Source: Octopus sinensis (lineage: Eukaryota). Taken from it: a stretch of 64,000 nt of DNA. Of the stretch, positions 23,101 to 37,560 are shown piece after piece. The DNA is taken from the NCBI RefSeq assembly GCF_006345805.1, contig NC_042998.1, positions 46,810,001 to 46,874,000 of the forward strand. The letters run 5' to 3'. The notes under the pieces were generated by a model. That model was not told the origin of the DNA and ran no database searches. It saw only the letters and a program-made list of their open reading frames with translations. How positions within the stretch are numbered: the first letter of the stretch is position 1; each line of letters begins with the position of its first letter. The position numbers and the translations under genes are program-made.

Positions 23101-25330
23101 ACACACACACACATGTATATAGTTAATCTCTCTATAGACAGGCACAGTCACACATACGCATGAATGCGGGCGCATGTACACCTACACACACTCACACATA
23201 CACACACTCACACATACACACACTCACACATACACACACATATGACCACACAAGGAAAGAAAGTGAAAAGAAGAGAAGTAGAAAGACAAGGATTGTTACC
23301 GGTTGAATGAATAAAATGAAGATCTCCTGATTAGAGAGTTCAGAGTTCGTATGCTGCTAACAGTGATGTACAGAGTTCATGGCCATAAGATTTAGATATT
23401 GAATTTCTCAATTGGCCTAACTGTAAATAAAAGCATAAGATCTTATATTTACACAACATTAACGCTCATATCCATATACACATATATACATGAAAAAAAA
23501 ACACTCAAAAAACAAATGCGGCCTTTCTACGTTTATTCATGTTTGCGTTTGTGTAAATGTGCACATGTGTATGCACATATGTATGTGTGTGTGTGTGTTA
23601 GTATCTGCGCAGTGACCTCTATGTGTGCATGACTCATACACAGAGGCAAACACAACAGAATTAAAACATAAAACATAATTTAATTAAAAAACGACGGTTA
23701 TATCACGTTCATTTACAGCCGTGGTTTTTCACACCGGGGTTCAAATGACCTTCCATACAAGATTTTGTTTTTGAAATAAAAATTATGTGCAATAAATTAG
23801 TTATATTTCTACAATAAACAAAATATTTTAACAATATTTTTATACCCATCTAGCGGTTCGGCAAAAGAAACCGATAAAATAAGTACAAGGCTTAAACAAA
23901 AAGTAATGGAATCGATTCATTCGACTAAAAATTCGAGGCAGTGCTCCAGCATGGCCGCAGTAAATGACTGAAACAAGACGTAAAAGTATCCCTTTTCGTG
24001 TTTACTCTTTAAATTATTCCAGTCATCTGACTGTGGCCATGCTGGAGCACCGCCTTTAGTCGAGCAAATCGACCCCACGACTTATTCCTTGTAAGCTTAG
24101 TACTTATTTTATCGGTCTATTTTGCCGAACCGCTATGGTACTGGGACGTAAACACACCAGAATCGGTTGTCAAGTGATGTTGGGGGACAAACAGAGACAC
24201 ACAAACATATACTCACGCATACATACATACATATATATAATATATATATACACACACACACATGTATATAGTTAATCTCTCTATAGACAGGCACACTCAC
24301 ACATACGCATGAATGCGGGCGCATGTACACCTACACACACTCACACATACACACACATATGACCACACAAGGAAAGAAAGTGAAAAGAAGAGAAGTAGAA
24401 AGACAAGGATTGTTACCGGTTGAATGAATAAAATGAAGATCTCCTGATTAGAGAGTTCAGAGTTCGTATGCTGCTAACAGTGATGTACAGAGTTCATGGC
24501 CATAAGATTTAGATATTGAATTTCTCAATTGGCCTAACTGTAAATAAAAGCATAAGATCTATATTTACACAACATTAACGCTCATATCCATATACACATA
24601 TATACATGAAAAAAAAACACTCAAAAAACAAATGCGGCCTTTCTACGTTTATTCATGTTTGCGTTTGTGTAAATGTGCACATGTGTATGCACATATGTAT
24701 GTGTGTGTGTGTGTTAGTATCTGCGCAGTGACCTCTATGTGTGCATGACTCATACACAGAGGCAAACACAACAGAATTAAAACATAAAACATAATTTAAT
24801 TAAAAAACGACGGTTATATCACGTTCATTTACAGCCGTGGTTTTTCACCGGGGTTCAAATGACCTTCCATACAAGATTTTGTTTTTGAAATAAAAATTAT
24901 GTGCAATAAATTAGTTATATTTCTACAATAAACAAAATATTTTAACAATATTTTTATACCCATCTAGCGTTTCGGCAAAAGAAACCGATAAAATAAGTAC
25001 AAGGCTTAACAAAAAGTAATGGAATCGATTCATTCGACTAAAAATTCGAGGCAGTGCTCCAGCATGGCCGCAGTAAATGACTGAAACAAGACGTAAAAGT
25101 ATCCTTTTCGTGTTTACTCTTTAAATTATTCCAGTCATCTGACTGTGGCCATGCTGGAGCACCGCCTTTAGTCGAGCAAATCGACCCCACGACTTATTCC
25201 TTGTAAGCTTAGTACTTATTTTATCGGTCTATTTTGCCGAACCGCTATGGTACTGGGACGTAAACACACCAGAATCGGTTGTCAAGTGATGTTGGGGGAC
25301 AAACAGAGACACACAAACATATACTCACGC

Positions 25331-25350
<20 letters not shown>
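23101..25350 (+). repeat. Near-identical tandem duplication, ~1.1 kb x 2
   Basis: CATGTATATAGTTAATCTC at 23112 and 24261; the copies differ mostly by small indels. Confidence 0.9.
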
Positions 25351-25399
<49 letters not shown>

Positions 25400-26853
25400 G
25401 ACGGGCTTCTTTCAGTTTCCGTCTACCAAATCCACTCACAAGGATTTCGTCGGCCCGAGGCTATAGTAGAAGACACTTGCCCAAAGTGCCACGCAGTGGG
25501 ACTGAACCCGGAACCATGTAGTTGGTAAGCAAGTAAGCAAGCCACTTACTACACAGCCACAATTATAAAAAAACACATAATCGGATTTTTTAAACATCGA
25601 GTAGTATTGAGGGTCCACCTGAGTAAAAATAGTAACCGAAGGGGGCCGTAAGTAAAAAATGGTTGCAATTCACTGATTTAGCCAGTTATTTGAAGCGGGT
25701 GCCGGATATTTCAGAATGAGCTTGTATTGGTGATGGGGCTGCATTCTGTCTCTTTATCGTAATCACTCCTTGGCTAACTAAAAGGTAAGTAGGAAAATAA
25801 TCAAAATACTGGCACAAGGCCAGCAGGTTTGAGTGGATAGGTAAATTTACTGTATTGACCCGACCCCTGTGCTCACCTGGTAGCTATTTTTTATTGACTC
25901 CAAAAGGATGAAAGGCAAAGTCGGAATTTGAACTCACAATGAAAAGCCGGAAGAAACGCCACTATGAATTTTGTTCGACGTGGTAACGATTCTGCCAGCT
26001 CGATACCTTAATATGACAAAAAATAATGCAAATAGCATTGTGGCGGTATCAATAATGTGAGAAGAAAGACCTTATACTGGAAGCTAAGAATCGGAAGCAA
26101 ATTTCTTTTGATATCATGTATAAAACGAAGAGAGGTTGACATGAAGCAGTTAGAAAAAAAATATTAGAACAAAATATTCAAAAACAAAAACGAAGACAGA
26201 GAAAACAACAGAAATGCTGGAAACGAAGAAAGACGAGAAATGGGGCAGGTGAATAAAACTAAAAAGCTGAAAGGGAAGTAATTACAAAAGAGGAGGAAAA
26301 GATGTTCAACGGGAATAAAAAAAAAAAATCAAAAGAAATCATTGAATAATTCTAGAAAATATAACACAGATGCAAGATATGTTTATGTATGAATACTCTA
26401 TTTTAACACTTTGGCTAAATAAAGTTGGGGAAATACTTGCATGTGATACTAATTTCTGAAAAGAGCAGATGATGAGGTTGCCAGCGAAACTCATAACCTG
26501 GTAAATTATGTGAGAATTTTGCTGAGTCGATGTTTTGTAATATGAACTGGCCTGGAGTTCATGAATATAATTTAAGGTTTTTAATTAATTCCCAGCGGAA
26601 ATTGGCGCTATGTTTTTGTATTTGAACCACCTGCAATTTTGTCAAGTACGGTATGTGTGTCTTTATTGTTAAATGTATTTGCCATATGATTACACTAACC
26701 GGGTATACACATATAACCGGGTATACACGCGCGCACACATATACATTTTATATATATATATATATATACACAAATATATTTTTATACATACATACACACA
26801 CACGCACATAAACTCACATACGCAAGCATTCATATATACATATGTGTGTATAT

Positions 26854-26887
<34 letters not shown>

Positions 26888-27518
26888 ATATATATATATA
26901 TATGTATATGATAAACTCTCCCGTCGAAACCGACGTATGAGAGTTCAGCATTTGCCGAACTACCTGCACAAATGATTTGTTTATAGTGATCAAATGTTCT
27001 TGCAGCACATTAAATCACACTCTCCATCAAATCGAAGTTGTGTACAACAGGTGCACGGTGTATCACGCGTCAGGTGTTGATGTGATCGGTGAGCATCGTG
27101 AGATGAAGTGTTTTGCTCAAGAACACAACGTACCAATTGAAATCACGATCTACCGATTGTGAGTGCAACAACCACTAAGCCACGTAACCATTATATATAT
27201 GTATATATATATATGTGTGTGTGTTTGTTCCTTCTCGAGCCATGCATGGCTCATAAGGGCCGGTTTCCCGTTTTCTTGGCGTATTGGTTCCCTACCTGGA
27301 CGGGACGCCGGTCCATCGTAGGTGAGCTGCAAGATGCAGGTAGATAGAGTGAGTGAAAGTTGTGGCAAACAGTCAGCAGTAGTTATATATATACGACAAA
27401 TAAGTAAATATTCGAATGATTATTCATATAGATATTATTATTATTATTATTATTATTATTAGCAGTAAATACATAAATGATTAATGATAATAATAACAAT
27501 ATTTTTAGAGGACAGCAA

Positions 27519-28140
27519 GAATAACTGCTGTATTTCTTGAGTATATATAGAGTTTATAGATCGGTTAAACATTTTCGGTATGCAAATTAGGGACTACTGC
27601 ATAAAATAACTGCTGTATTTCTTGAGTACATATAAAGTTTATAGAGCGGTTAAACATTTTCGGTATGCAAATTAGGGACTCCTGCATAGAATAACTGCTG
27701 GATTTCTTGAGTATATATAGAGTTTATAGAGCGGTTAAGAATTTTCGGTATGCAAATTAGGGACACCTGCATAGATTAACTGCTTCATTTCTTGTGTATA
27801 TATAGAGTTTATAGAGCGGTTAAACATTTTCGGTATGCAAATTAGGGACTACTGCATAAAATAACTGCTGTATTTCTTGAGTACATATAAAGTTTATAGA
27901 GCGGTTAAACATTTTCGGTATGCAAATTAGGGACTCCTGCATAGAATAACTGCTTCATTTCTTGAATATATATAGTTTATAGAGCGGTTAAACATTTTCG
28001 GTATGCAAATTAGGGACTCCTGCATAGAATTAACAGCTGTATTTGTTGAGTATATATAGAGTTAATAGAGCGGTTAAGAACTTTCGGTAGCAAATTAGGG
28101 ACTCCTTCATAGAATTAACTGCTGTATTTGTTGAGTATTT
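27519..28140 (+). repeat. 85-bp minisatellite, ~7.3 copies
   Basis: ATAACTGCT-like unit starts at 27521, 27606, 27691, 27776, 27861 and 27946. Confidence 0.92.
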
Positions 28141-28492
28141 TCAGAAATTTTGATGAAATTTTTCAAAAACTTTTCAAAAATTTTGATCAAAATTTTAAAA
28201 AATCTTTCCAAAATTTTGAACAAAATTTTCAAAATCCTTTAAAAAATTTTGGTGAAAATTTTCAAAAAACTTTCCAAAATTTTGATAAATGACACGATTA
28301 TCTCTTATATATTAATTTTTGGAAAATATGGGTATTGAAGTTGTAAATCCGTTTTATAGTTTAATGGTGTATGTGCAATATTCCAATCCTTTGAGTAAAA
28401 CCCAAAAGTCCAACAGAGCTTAATATGAATCCTTCCAAATATAGAGTTTATAAGCAATGTATATATATATATATATATAATACATACATTCA

Positions 28493-28561
<69 letters not shown>

Positions 28562-28570
28562 GTCTGTCTC

Positions 28571-28603
<33 letters not shown>

Positions 28604-28618
28604 TTATCTATCTATCTT

Positions 28619-28692
<74 letters not shown>

Positions 28693-29249
28693 GATCTGTC
28701 TGTCTATCTGTCTGTTTGTCTCTATATTAATGCAAATATATCTTTGTCTTTTTCTCACCACCACCACTTCAGATCCGGTGCTGGTTTATTTACGGCTTCG
28801 TCACTTAGCAGTTATGCAAAATAAGAGACACATCGAATAAATACAATACTTAATAATAAATATCGGTGTCAATTTGTTTCTCTAAATCCTTCAGGACGGT
28901 ACCCCAGAATGGCCATAGTCAAAAAACCAAAAAAAAATTAAAACAAGTAAAAGTTACGATAGAAGATATCGTTAATTTTTTCATTTGTGACACATTAAAT
29001 CACAGCTGGGGCATAGCTTTAAAGAATTTAGTCGACCAAATCGACCCTAGTATCCGAGTACTTTTTCCATCGTCCTCTTTTTGCGGAACAGCTAAGTTGC
29101 GGGGACGTAAATAAACCAATACCGGCTGTCAATCGGTAGAGGCGGCCAAACACAAACATAAAGACAAACACACACACACACATACACACACACATACACA
29201 CAAACATAAAGACAAACATGCACACACACACAAACATGAAGACAAACAT

Positions 29250-29292
<43 letters not shown>

Positions 29293-31359
29293 CTCACACC
29301 CACGCGCACACACCCATGTATATGTGTTTGTGTCTATATATGACGAATTTCGTTCACTTTGTGTCTACCAAATCCATTCATGTAGTTTTGGTCAGTCAGG
29401 TGCAGAAGACACTTTACCAAGGTGCCACACCATGGAACTCAATAGAGGCGTAGCCAGGTTCTAAAGTAAGTGGAAGAGAGCAGGAATCATTAGTTGGGGG
29501 TTAGGGTTAGGGTTGAAAATTAGTTCACAATTCAGTGGTTTGGGATATGTGAATTAATAGAGATCAATGAAAATTTCTTCTTACACTTCGTTAGTCACAT
29601 GGAGACGTTGTCAACATCTTTTTTTGCTCCCTGATTTAGTGAGGGTGTTTTGCAGATAATGTGACGCAGTCATGCCTCAGTAGTTGTGGGAGGTAGACGT
29701 CGTTTTTGTCTAATCACCCCATGTGACTAACGGCAGTTCAAGTTTTGATCTAATGCGTATTGTAACGGAGGTTGCCTGTTATGTTATTCTTTTACTGTTA
29801 ATATTCATCATAAATATTGAAAAATTTCCTCAAAATGTCGTATTCTGGGTAATTTGTAAATAATTTTGATCTGAACCTAAGATTTTTTCGTTTTTCCTTA
29901 ATTTTATTATTTATTTTATTGTATTGTTTTATATAAATATAAATCAGCTACAAGTGTTTCAAACTTTTCAGCAGCGATTGCAAGTATATCCTGAACCAAC
30001 AGAATGAATATATTTTACATTATATTGAAACTATAAACATTTTTGTTTGTAAACACCCCATGTGATTAACCAACTTCGGAAAGATCAGGTGACTAACGAA
30101 AGTTTAACGAAGCAAACTTTTAGAGTTTTCAATTGAAAATGGTGATATCTTAGTCGTTTCACAGACCCAGTGATTCCATAATCCATCTATGTGAAATCTA
30201 TTTTTACCCAACGCAATTTTCCGTGTACCAACTTTATCAATTTTGTTGACGATTTTTCAACTTTGGAGGCTTAAAATAGGATGAAAGACAAATATGAACC
30301 CTAACAGAATATGTCACATCAGGAAGGAAGTTAAATATGAAAACATTTACTCTCTCACCCATTTAAATTTCTGCCAAGTCACCATATGTATATATAAAAC
30401 AATCAACATTCGGCGACGTGAATCCTACAGCTACTCACATTGCCATGAAGATACAGTAAAATTCACCAAGTAAACGCGGGGACTACTCTGTATTTAATGT
30501 ACTTCACATGACAGTAATAATGAAACAACTGTGAATACAATTTAGTCATGTGAAATAAGCTTTAAATGTTGTAGGCCTACATAATGTGACCTTATTAACC
30601 TCGAGGTCATGTTTATCATGAGATTTAATAGATCACACTGTAATCATTTGATATGAGAAGTCATTAATTCTGATGTGGTATTTGTTGTCCATGTAATACA
30701 TCTAAGCAGCACACGTTGATCTGAATATAATCCCGTAGACAGAAGTGTAATATAATTCAAGTGCATGGCTGTTTGAATCAACGCAAAAAAAAAACAAAAC
30801 AAAAAAAAACAAAAGAAAGTGAATAAGCACTAAGGAAAGCAAAAGGAACAAATGTTTAATGCACTATGTTGTAGATAATAATTGTTTATACACGTGCGCA
30901 CAGCACGAACACGCTCACGCACACACATACACACCCAACTGACGCATATCTACAAACACACACACACATGATTTATTTAGGCAGTTGTAAGTAAATGTGT
31001 GGCCTAGTGGTTAGAGCAGCGGACTCGCGGTCGAGGGATCGTGGGTTCGAATCTCAGACCGGGCGATGTGTGTGTTTATGAGCGAAACACCTAAGATCCA
31101 TGCGGCTCCGGCAGAAGGTAGTGGCGAACTTCTACTGACTCTTTCGCCACAACTTCCTCTCACTCTTTCCTCCTGCATTCATCATGCAGCTCACCTGCGA
31201 CGGACCGGCGTCCCGTCCAGGTGGGGAACCTATACGTCAAGGAAACCGGGAAAACGGCCCTATGAGCCAGGCATGGCTTGAGAAGGAACAAACAAGTAAA
31301 TGTGTACTAAAAAGGAGAACTATAACTATCATTAAATATGACTGAGTGTGTTATAAACC

Positions 31360-31591
31360 TATTTCTTTATTACCCACAAGGAGCTAAACACAGAGGGGAC
31401 AAACAAGGACAGACATAGGTATTAAGTCGATTACATCGACCCCAGTGCGTAACTGGTACTTAATTTATCGACCCCGAAAGGATGAAAGGCAAAGTCGACC
31501 TCGGCGGAATTTGAACTCACAACGTAACGCAGACGAAATACCGCTAAGCATTTCGCCCGGCGTGCTAACGTTTCTGCCAGCTCGCCGCCTT
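31360..31591 (-). mobile_element. Full-length SINE within a 16-bp target-site duplication
   Basis: GAGTGTGTTATAAACC at 31344-31359 and 31698-31713. Confidence 0.8.
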
Positions 31592-33167
31592 CGCGTGTGT
31601 TTATATAATGGGCAGGAGTACGCCAACAAGGCGTATAACAGATACAGATTAGTGCAGAGACCAGATCAAAAACCTAGAATCCTACGGCAAACGACTGGAG
31701 TGTGTTATAAACCGCTACATTGCTAGAAATAAGAGATCTAGTTTTTTCATTCGCAAAATATGCATTTTTAAAAGACAGTAAAAAAATCTGTAAATCGACT
31801 ATAATAATGTAACTTTCCAGTCTCATTGTTTTGATCGTATGATGTGGAGATAAAAATTGGAGAGAAAAGTTATAGAGATTTAAAAATTGAAAAAACTGTA
31901 TATTTTTAGCCAATAGCGAGACAGAAATTTTCTGTGTTTAGGATCGGTGTCGACTTTAAGATTGTACCCTGTAAAATTTAGAGTTTAGTATCTGACCTCT
32001 TCATTGTAGGTCTCTAAATAAACAGATATGCCTAATAAAATCGACATGTATCATCTTACTGTTTCTTTTGTTTCTTCATTGATTGTATGGTTTTATTATT
32101 TTTTTGAAATTTGTACTATTAATATATTTGCATATGTTTACTTCATGCAGATATCAGTATTATGATAAGCTGTCATGTATTTGGGTACATCATTAATATA
32201 TAAGTGCATGTGTGTGTTTGTGTGTGTGTTAAAAGGGGGGCGTCTGTCTCAAAAACTTCAAAGTTGAGTAAAGTTTTCATGCTTGTATTTGTAAACTACG
32301 AAAAAAATAATATCTCTCAACAAAGAATTTGTCCGAAAAAAAAAAGAATGCCTGTATCTTATATGTTTTTGCGATAATATTCTTAATTAGCAACGCACCT
32401 TTTATCATTAATGTTGAATTACTGATTATATTCACACTAATTAATGTTGGGAGAAATCACCTTAATTTGCAATAAAAATACTTTTAAAAAATTAGGGTAA
32501 TAAGAAATGTTTTAAGAACCCAAATGTTGAAAAAGTCGATATGATGTTGGAAGAAGCCTGTGAGCCAGCTCGCCGCCGCCGCCTTTGATCCGGCTCACCG
32601 CCGCCTTTGATCCGGCTCACCGCCGCCATTGATCCAGCTCGCCACCTTAATTACAATAAAAGAATAAATGTGACAGAAACATTGTTTGTCTTGTATTGGC
32701 ACAATAACTCCCCTGAACAGAACAAGCGATAATATGCAATTGATTCTCATTCATCCAGAGGTTTGGCTCTCCGTCGGTTACGACGAGTGTTCTAGTTGAA
32801 AGTGTGCACGGAGTGACTAGCAAAATAAGTTGTAGAAAGACAATATAGTTAAGTTACTTTTTAACATATTTCTATAGTCGACTTCGGAAGGATGAATACA
32901 AAGTCGACATCTAAATTAGAATTCAAATTCCGAGGTCGTAAAGCCCAAGAAACGCCGTTAAGCACGTTGTAGAGCAGGCTAATGATTCTGTCAGATATAA
33001 TTTCAATACAGTTTGATGTACGCGTCTGTATAACTGAGTGCACACGTATTTAAAAGATCGTCAGCAAAAGGATGTACGTAAATGCCAGCTGCTTCATCAA
33101 TTTCTTCATATTTTCAAGGAATCTTTACTCTCGTACAAAGCAAAGCGAAGCGTATTTTCGCATGAAT

Positions 33168-33202
<35 letters not shown>

Positions 33203-33223
33203 CAACACACACACACCACACAC

Positions 33224-33256
<33 letters not shown>

Positions 33257-33450
33257 TATAACGTCTCTGTCCCCTTTTACTCTATTTTTCTTATATTTCA
33301 TTTTGTAAGAATAACCAAGACACGCATAACTGTTTTTGCGATAATTCCCTTTTAATACCAGCCGAGGAAAATAAAAACAACCCTATACACAACAACAAAA
33401 GCAACAGCAGCGCCACCAACAAAAGCAAAAACAGCGACAACAACAATAAT

Positions 33451-33812
33451 AACAAAATTACTCAGAGAGCGCAAACCTCCGCCAAGGCAACATTAACGTC
33501 CTCTCAACGATTAGCCAGAGATTATTTTTAAAATGAGAATATCTGAAATAAACTCGACTGCTCTCACAAACGAGAATACTAAAAATGAACCCGACCGCTC
33601 TCAAAAATTAAGAAAAAAGAAACAGGAAACATAATCCAGAATCCTCGTCCGGTACCGGATCGGTCCCAAAATCTAATCAGTTCGTGCCAGCCACAAGGCC
33701 AAAATATCTCGGAAAGTTTTATCCAAATCCATCGAGCGGTTCTTGAGATATCTTGTCCACGGACAAACACGGATGAAAACAATACCTCCGCTTTTGCTAA
33801 GTCGGAGGTAAT
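33451..33812 (+). mobile_element. Helentron-like non-autonomous element (HINE)
   Basis: 5' ACCTCCGCCAAGG; 3' subterminal hairpin TACCTCCG..CGGAGGTA; T/A-rich ends. Confidence 0.6.
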
Positions 33813-34259
33813 ACTAATAACGAAAATAAGGATGTTGACAATCAAGAATGTTAATAGTTTATCTAATAACAATAAGAGACACCCATATATGAATATGACG
33901 AGTAATTGGTAGTCGGCAACCAGAGGACATTCAAAAATCAAATGGTTTCATAGATGATCTTGACTTAATGAATATATCTAAAACTGACGACGACGACGAC
34001 AACAACAACACGAACAACAACAACAGCAGCAGCAGCTGCAATTGTACCAACAACAACAACAACTGTGTCAACAACAATGACACAGAAAACTTAAAATCCA
34101 TCAAACCTCAACTAAACTCATCTACCTAAGCCGGAAAAAGAAATTGGTATGCCTTGACTATCAACTTAGAAATCAGCACGCGCACACTCAAGTACGCACT
34201 TACCCTTTGCACATGAGCACGTCTTGGTACATGCATATATAGATACATACGTACATACA

Positions 34260-34293
<34 letters not shown>

Positions 34294-34314
34294 CATACAT
34301 ACATACACACACAT

Positions 34315-34349
<35 letters not shown>

Positions 34350-34682
34350 CGTATATACATATGTATATACATATGTATATATCTATATATATATCTATAT
34401 GTATGTATGTATGTATGTATGTAGTATGTATGTATGTATGTATGTATCTCTCTCTCACTCTCTCTCTCTCTCTCTATCTATCTATCTATATATGTATGTA
34501 TATATAAGAGTGTTGTAGTTCGCTTGAAGCATTGGGTTATCGAAGAATGTAAAAAGAGAGAATATAGACAGCTTCTGATAATGCGTAAAGTTTAATCAAA
34601 CCTTTACTGAAATATAAGGGTTTTATTAAACTCTTTTCACATTATCAGAAACTGTATATCTTCTATCTTTTTACATTCTGCG

Positions 34683-34734
<52 letters not shown>

Positions 34735-34737
34735 GCA

Positions 34738-35080
34738 TGGATGTTCCTGTTAACACCGACAGAACGATCCAAGCTAATCGACTAGACATTGTCATTAAAG
34801 ACAGAAGAAAATACTAGAAGACTAATAGATGTAAGTGTTCCCACTGATAAAAATATATCTGTAATGGAATTTGACAAATTAAATAAATATGAAGACCTGA
34901 AAATTGATATGGCATCTCAAAGTGAGAACTATTCCTGTTATTGTCGGTGCTCTTGGTATGATAAGAAAAGGATGTCAGAAATATCTAGATAATATCCCAG
35001 GAGAACCATTCTCAGAGAAAGCCAAAAGATTGCGCTGACAATTACTGCCCACATCCTTAGAAAAACCCTATCAAATTAAA
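34738..35080 (+). pseudogene. R4/Dong-type RLE fragment
   Basis: DVPVNTDRTIQANRLDIVIKD and downstream matches to the 7.1-7.6 kb fragment; frameshifted. Confidence 0.65.
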
Positions 35081-35284
35081 TGTCTGTGTTGTATTACATG
35101 AAGATATATCGCTACTGTCCTACCACTGCCCCCCTTAAGCTTTCAAGCATACTCTAGCATCTCTCATCTTTCACTCGCCCTAGGACGCTGGGTGTGTCTC
35201 GACAAGTGAGTGTAACAAAGACTGTACTTGTCCAGAAGAAAGGGTGGGAGATGCTTGATCAGTTACCAGGACTGTATCGAAGCA

Positions 35285-35960
35285 GGGTAGTATATAAAAT
35301 ATGCCGTGGAGTCACTCATATGCGCAGCTCAGGAACAAGCGTTAAGGACCAATTATATGAAGTGCAGAATAAACAACATTACTGATAGCGACAGATGCAG
35401 AATGTGTGGTGAGAGAGGTGAAACGGTATGGCACATTGTTAGCGAATGCGCAAAAGTGGCACAACGCAAATACAAAAGACGCCATGGCACTGTGGCAAGA
35501 ATGATCCATTGGGAACTCTGTGGAAATCACAGTCTATAAAGAGCAAAGAAATGCTATTGGCAAACCACAGAAGGAGTCACCGAGAATGAAAATTGCAAAA
35601 TCCTGTGGGATGCAATGATCTAGTGCGATCATCTGACCAGCCAACGGAACCGGACATTGTTGTGATGAATAAAAAACAAAAAAAAAAACATGTATGATAA
35701 TCGACATAGCATGCCCCGTTGATACAAGGATCAATGTGAAAGAAGAAAGCCACTATGACGACTTAAAGTGGGAAATACGAAGGTTGTGGTCAATGAAGAG
35801 AGTAGACGTGATACTAATAGTAATTGGTGCGCTTGAAGTATCAGCACTCAACTACCAAAATGGCTTTAAAAGATCGGTGTAAGTGTGAAGGTAGAACACC
35901 TACAAAAATCAACATTGTTTGGAACTGCAAGAATTCTTCACAGGGTTCTTGAAGCATGAC
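35285..35960 (+). pseudogene. R4/Dong-type LINE 3' fragment: CCHC finger plus RLE
   Basis: AAQEQALRTN..CRMCGERGETVWHIVSEC..KRRH; IIDIACPVD..YDDLKWEIRRLW..IVIGAL. Confidence 0.82.
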
Positions 35961-36754
35961 CAGTAAAACAAGTGTCACCTTAGACTTCTGGCTGTGGACA
36001 ACTGACACTTTCCATCATACCCAGCAATATAAGCTGTGAGTTTTAATACAACAACAACAAAAACAACACCAACAACAACAACATTAATAATAATAAATGA
36101 CCTGCTGCAGTACCATACAGTGGCTCTCATTGCTTCTGATCTTAACTGAATGGAAGTGTTATCATGTACATTGTTTTATCTTGGTATTAAAGATGGGCTA
36201 CAGCAAATATTCTGCTCGATACCACAGATTTGCTTGTCAGTTGCCTGGCCATAACCAGTATGGTATGTCCCTTGGTGGCTGACAATATGTGCAATTCTGA
36301 TCATGAGCAGAGGTAGTAGGGAGCATCATAACCATGTGTTGACAGGAATTCTTGGAGTTTGGATAATTCACCTCTGGAAACATGACTGAAAAACATTGGT
36401 GAAAGTGCGAAGGTAGAACACGTACATAAATCAGCATTGCATGGAACTGCAAGAATTCTTCGTAAGGTTCTTGAAGCATGACCAGTAAAACGGGGACCTT
36501 TTGAGTGGAATGGGCTACTCGACTCGAAGAAAGTTCTAACTGGGCCCCACCTGAAAGATCATGCGTTGTTTATTTTGATATAAGATTACCATGTCACGCG
36601 CATATGGTTGTGGTGCATGTACCTGGTGTACCCTTATCACACGGGTAGTCATGATGGCTATACTGGGCTTCGTATATTTTACTCTAGTGGCACTTTGATG
36701 GCATGCACTACTCTCCCACTCAACAACAACAACAACAGCAACAACAACAACAAC

Positions 36755-37000
36755 ATATCTGTAAGGGAGTTTGACAAACTAAGTAAATGTAAAGACATAG
36801 AAATGGAAATACGAACGATATGAAATCTTAAATTTCTCTTCCTGTTATTGCAGGTACCCTAGGTACGATAACAAAGGAGGGATGCTAGATACATTTCGAT
36901 AACATCCCAGGGGAACCATGTCTTACCGAAATTCATAAGATTGTGCTGACAAGTACTGCCCACATCCTTAGAAAAACCATATCGGTTTTAACATTTTGTG
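36755..37000 (+). pseudogene. R4/Dong-type RLE C-terminal fragment
   Basis: SVREFDKLSKCKDIEMEI; near-paralogous to 34860-35080. Confidence 0.6.
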
Positions 37001-37139
37001 TCGCATCATATGAAGGTATTTTTCTACTGCCCTCGTCAGGTCCCCACACGAAGCTTTCAGTTATATATAACTTTCACTTGCTCTAGGCAAGTGATTGTAT
37101 AAAACATGCAAATTAAAAGTAAACAACAGTGATAGTAAT

Positions 37140-37560
37140 CCTCCCTCCTATACACACAAGGTTTGAAATTTTGGGGAGGGAGATAGTCGATTACATCGAC
37201 CCCAGTATTTCACTGGTAATAGATTTACCGACCCCGAAAGGATGAAAGGCAAAGTCAACCTCACCCGAATTTGAACGTGAAAACAGACAAAATACCGCTA
37301 TTTCGTCCAGCGTGCTAACGATTCTCATTTCTTTATTGCCCACAAGGGGCTAAACATAGAGGGGACAAACAAGGACAGACAAACGGATTAATTCGATTAG
37401 ATCGACCCAAGTGCGTAACTGGTACTTAATTTATCGACCTCGAAAGATGAAAGGCAAAGTCGACCTCGGCGGAATTTGAACTCAGAACGTAGCGGCAGAC
37501 GAAATACTGCTAAGCATTTCGCCCGGCGCGCTAACGTTTCTGCCAGCTCACTGCCTTTTA
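37140..37560 (-). mobile_element. Two SINE copies
   Basis: SINE core in reverse complement, twice. Confidence 0.75.

Noticed and set aside
27519-28140. CRISPR-like array
   Set aside because: No unique spacers, eukaryotic context and no cas genes; it is a minisatellite.
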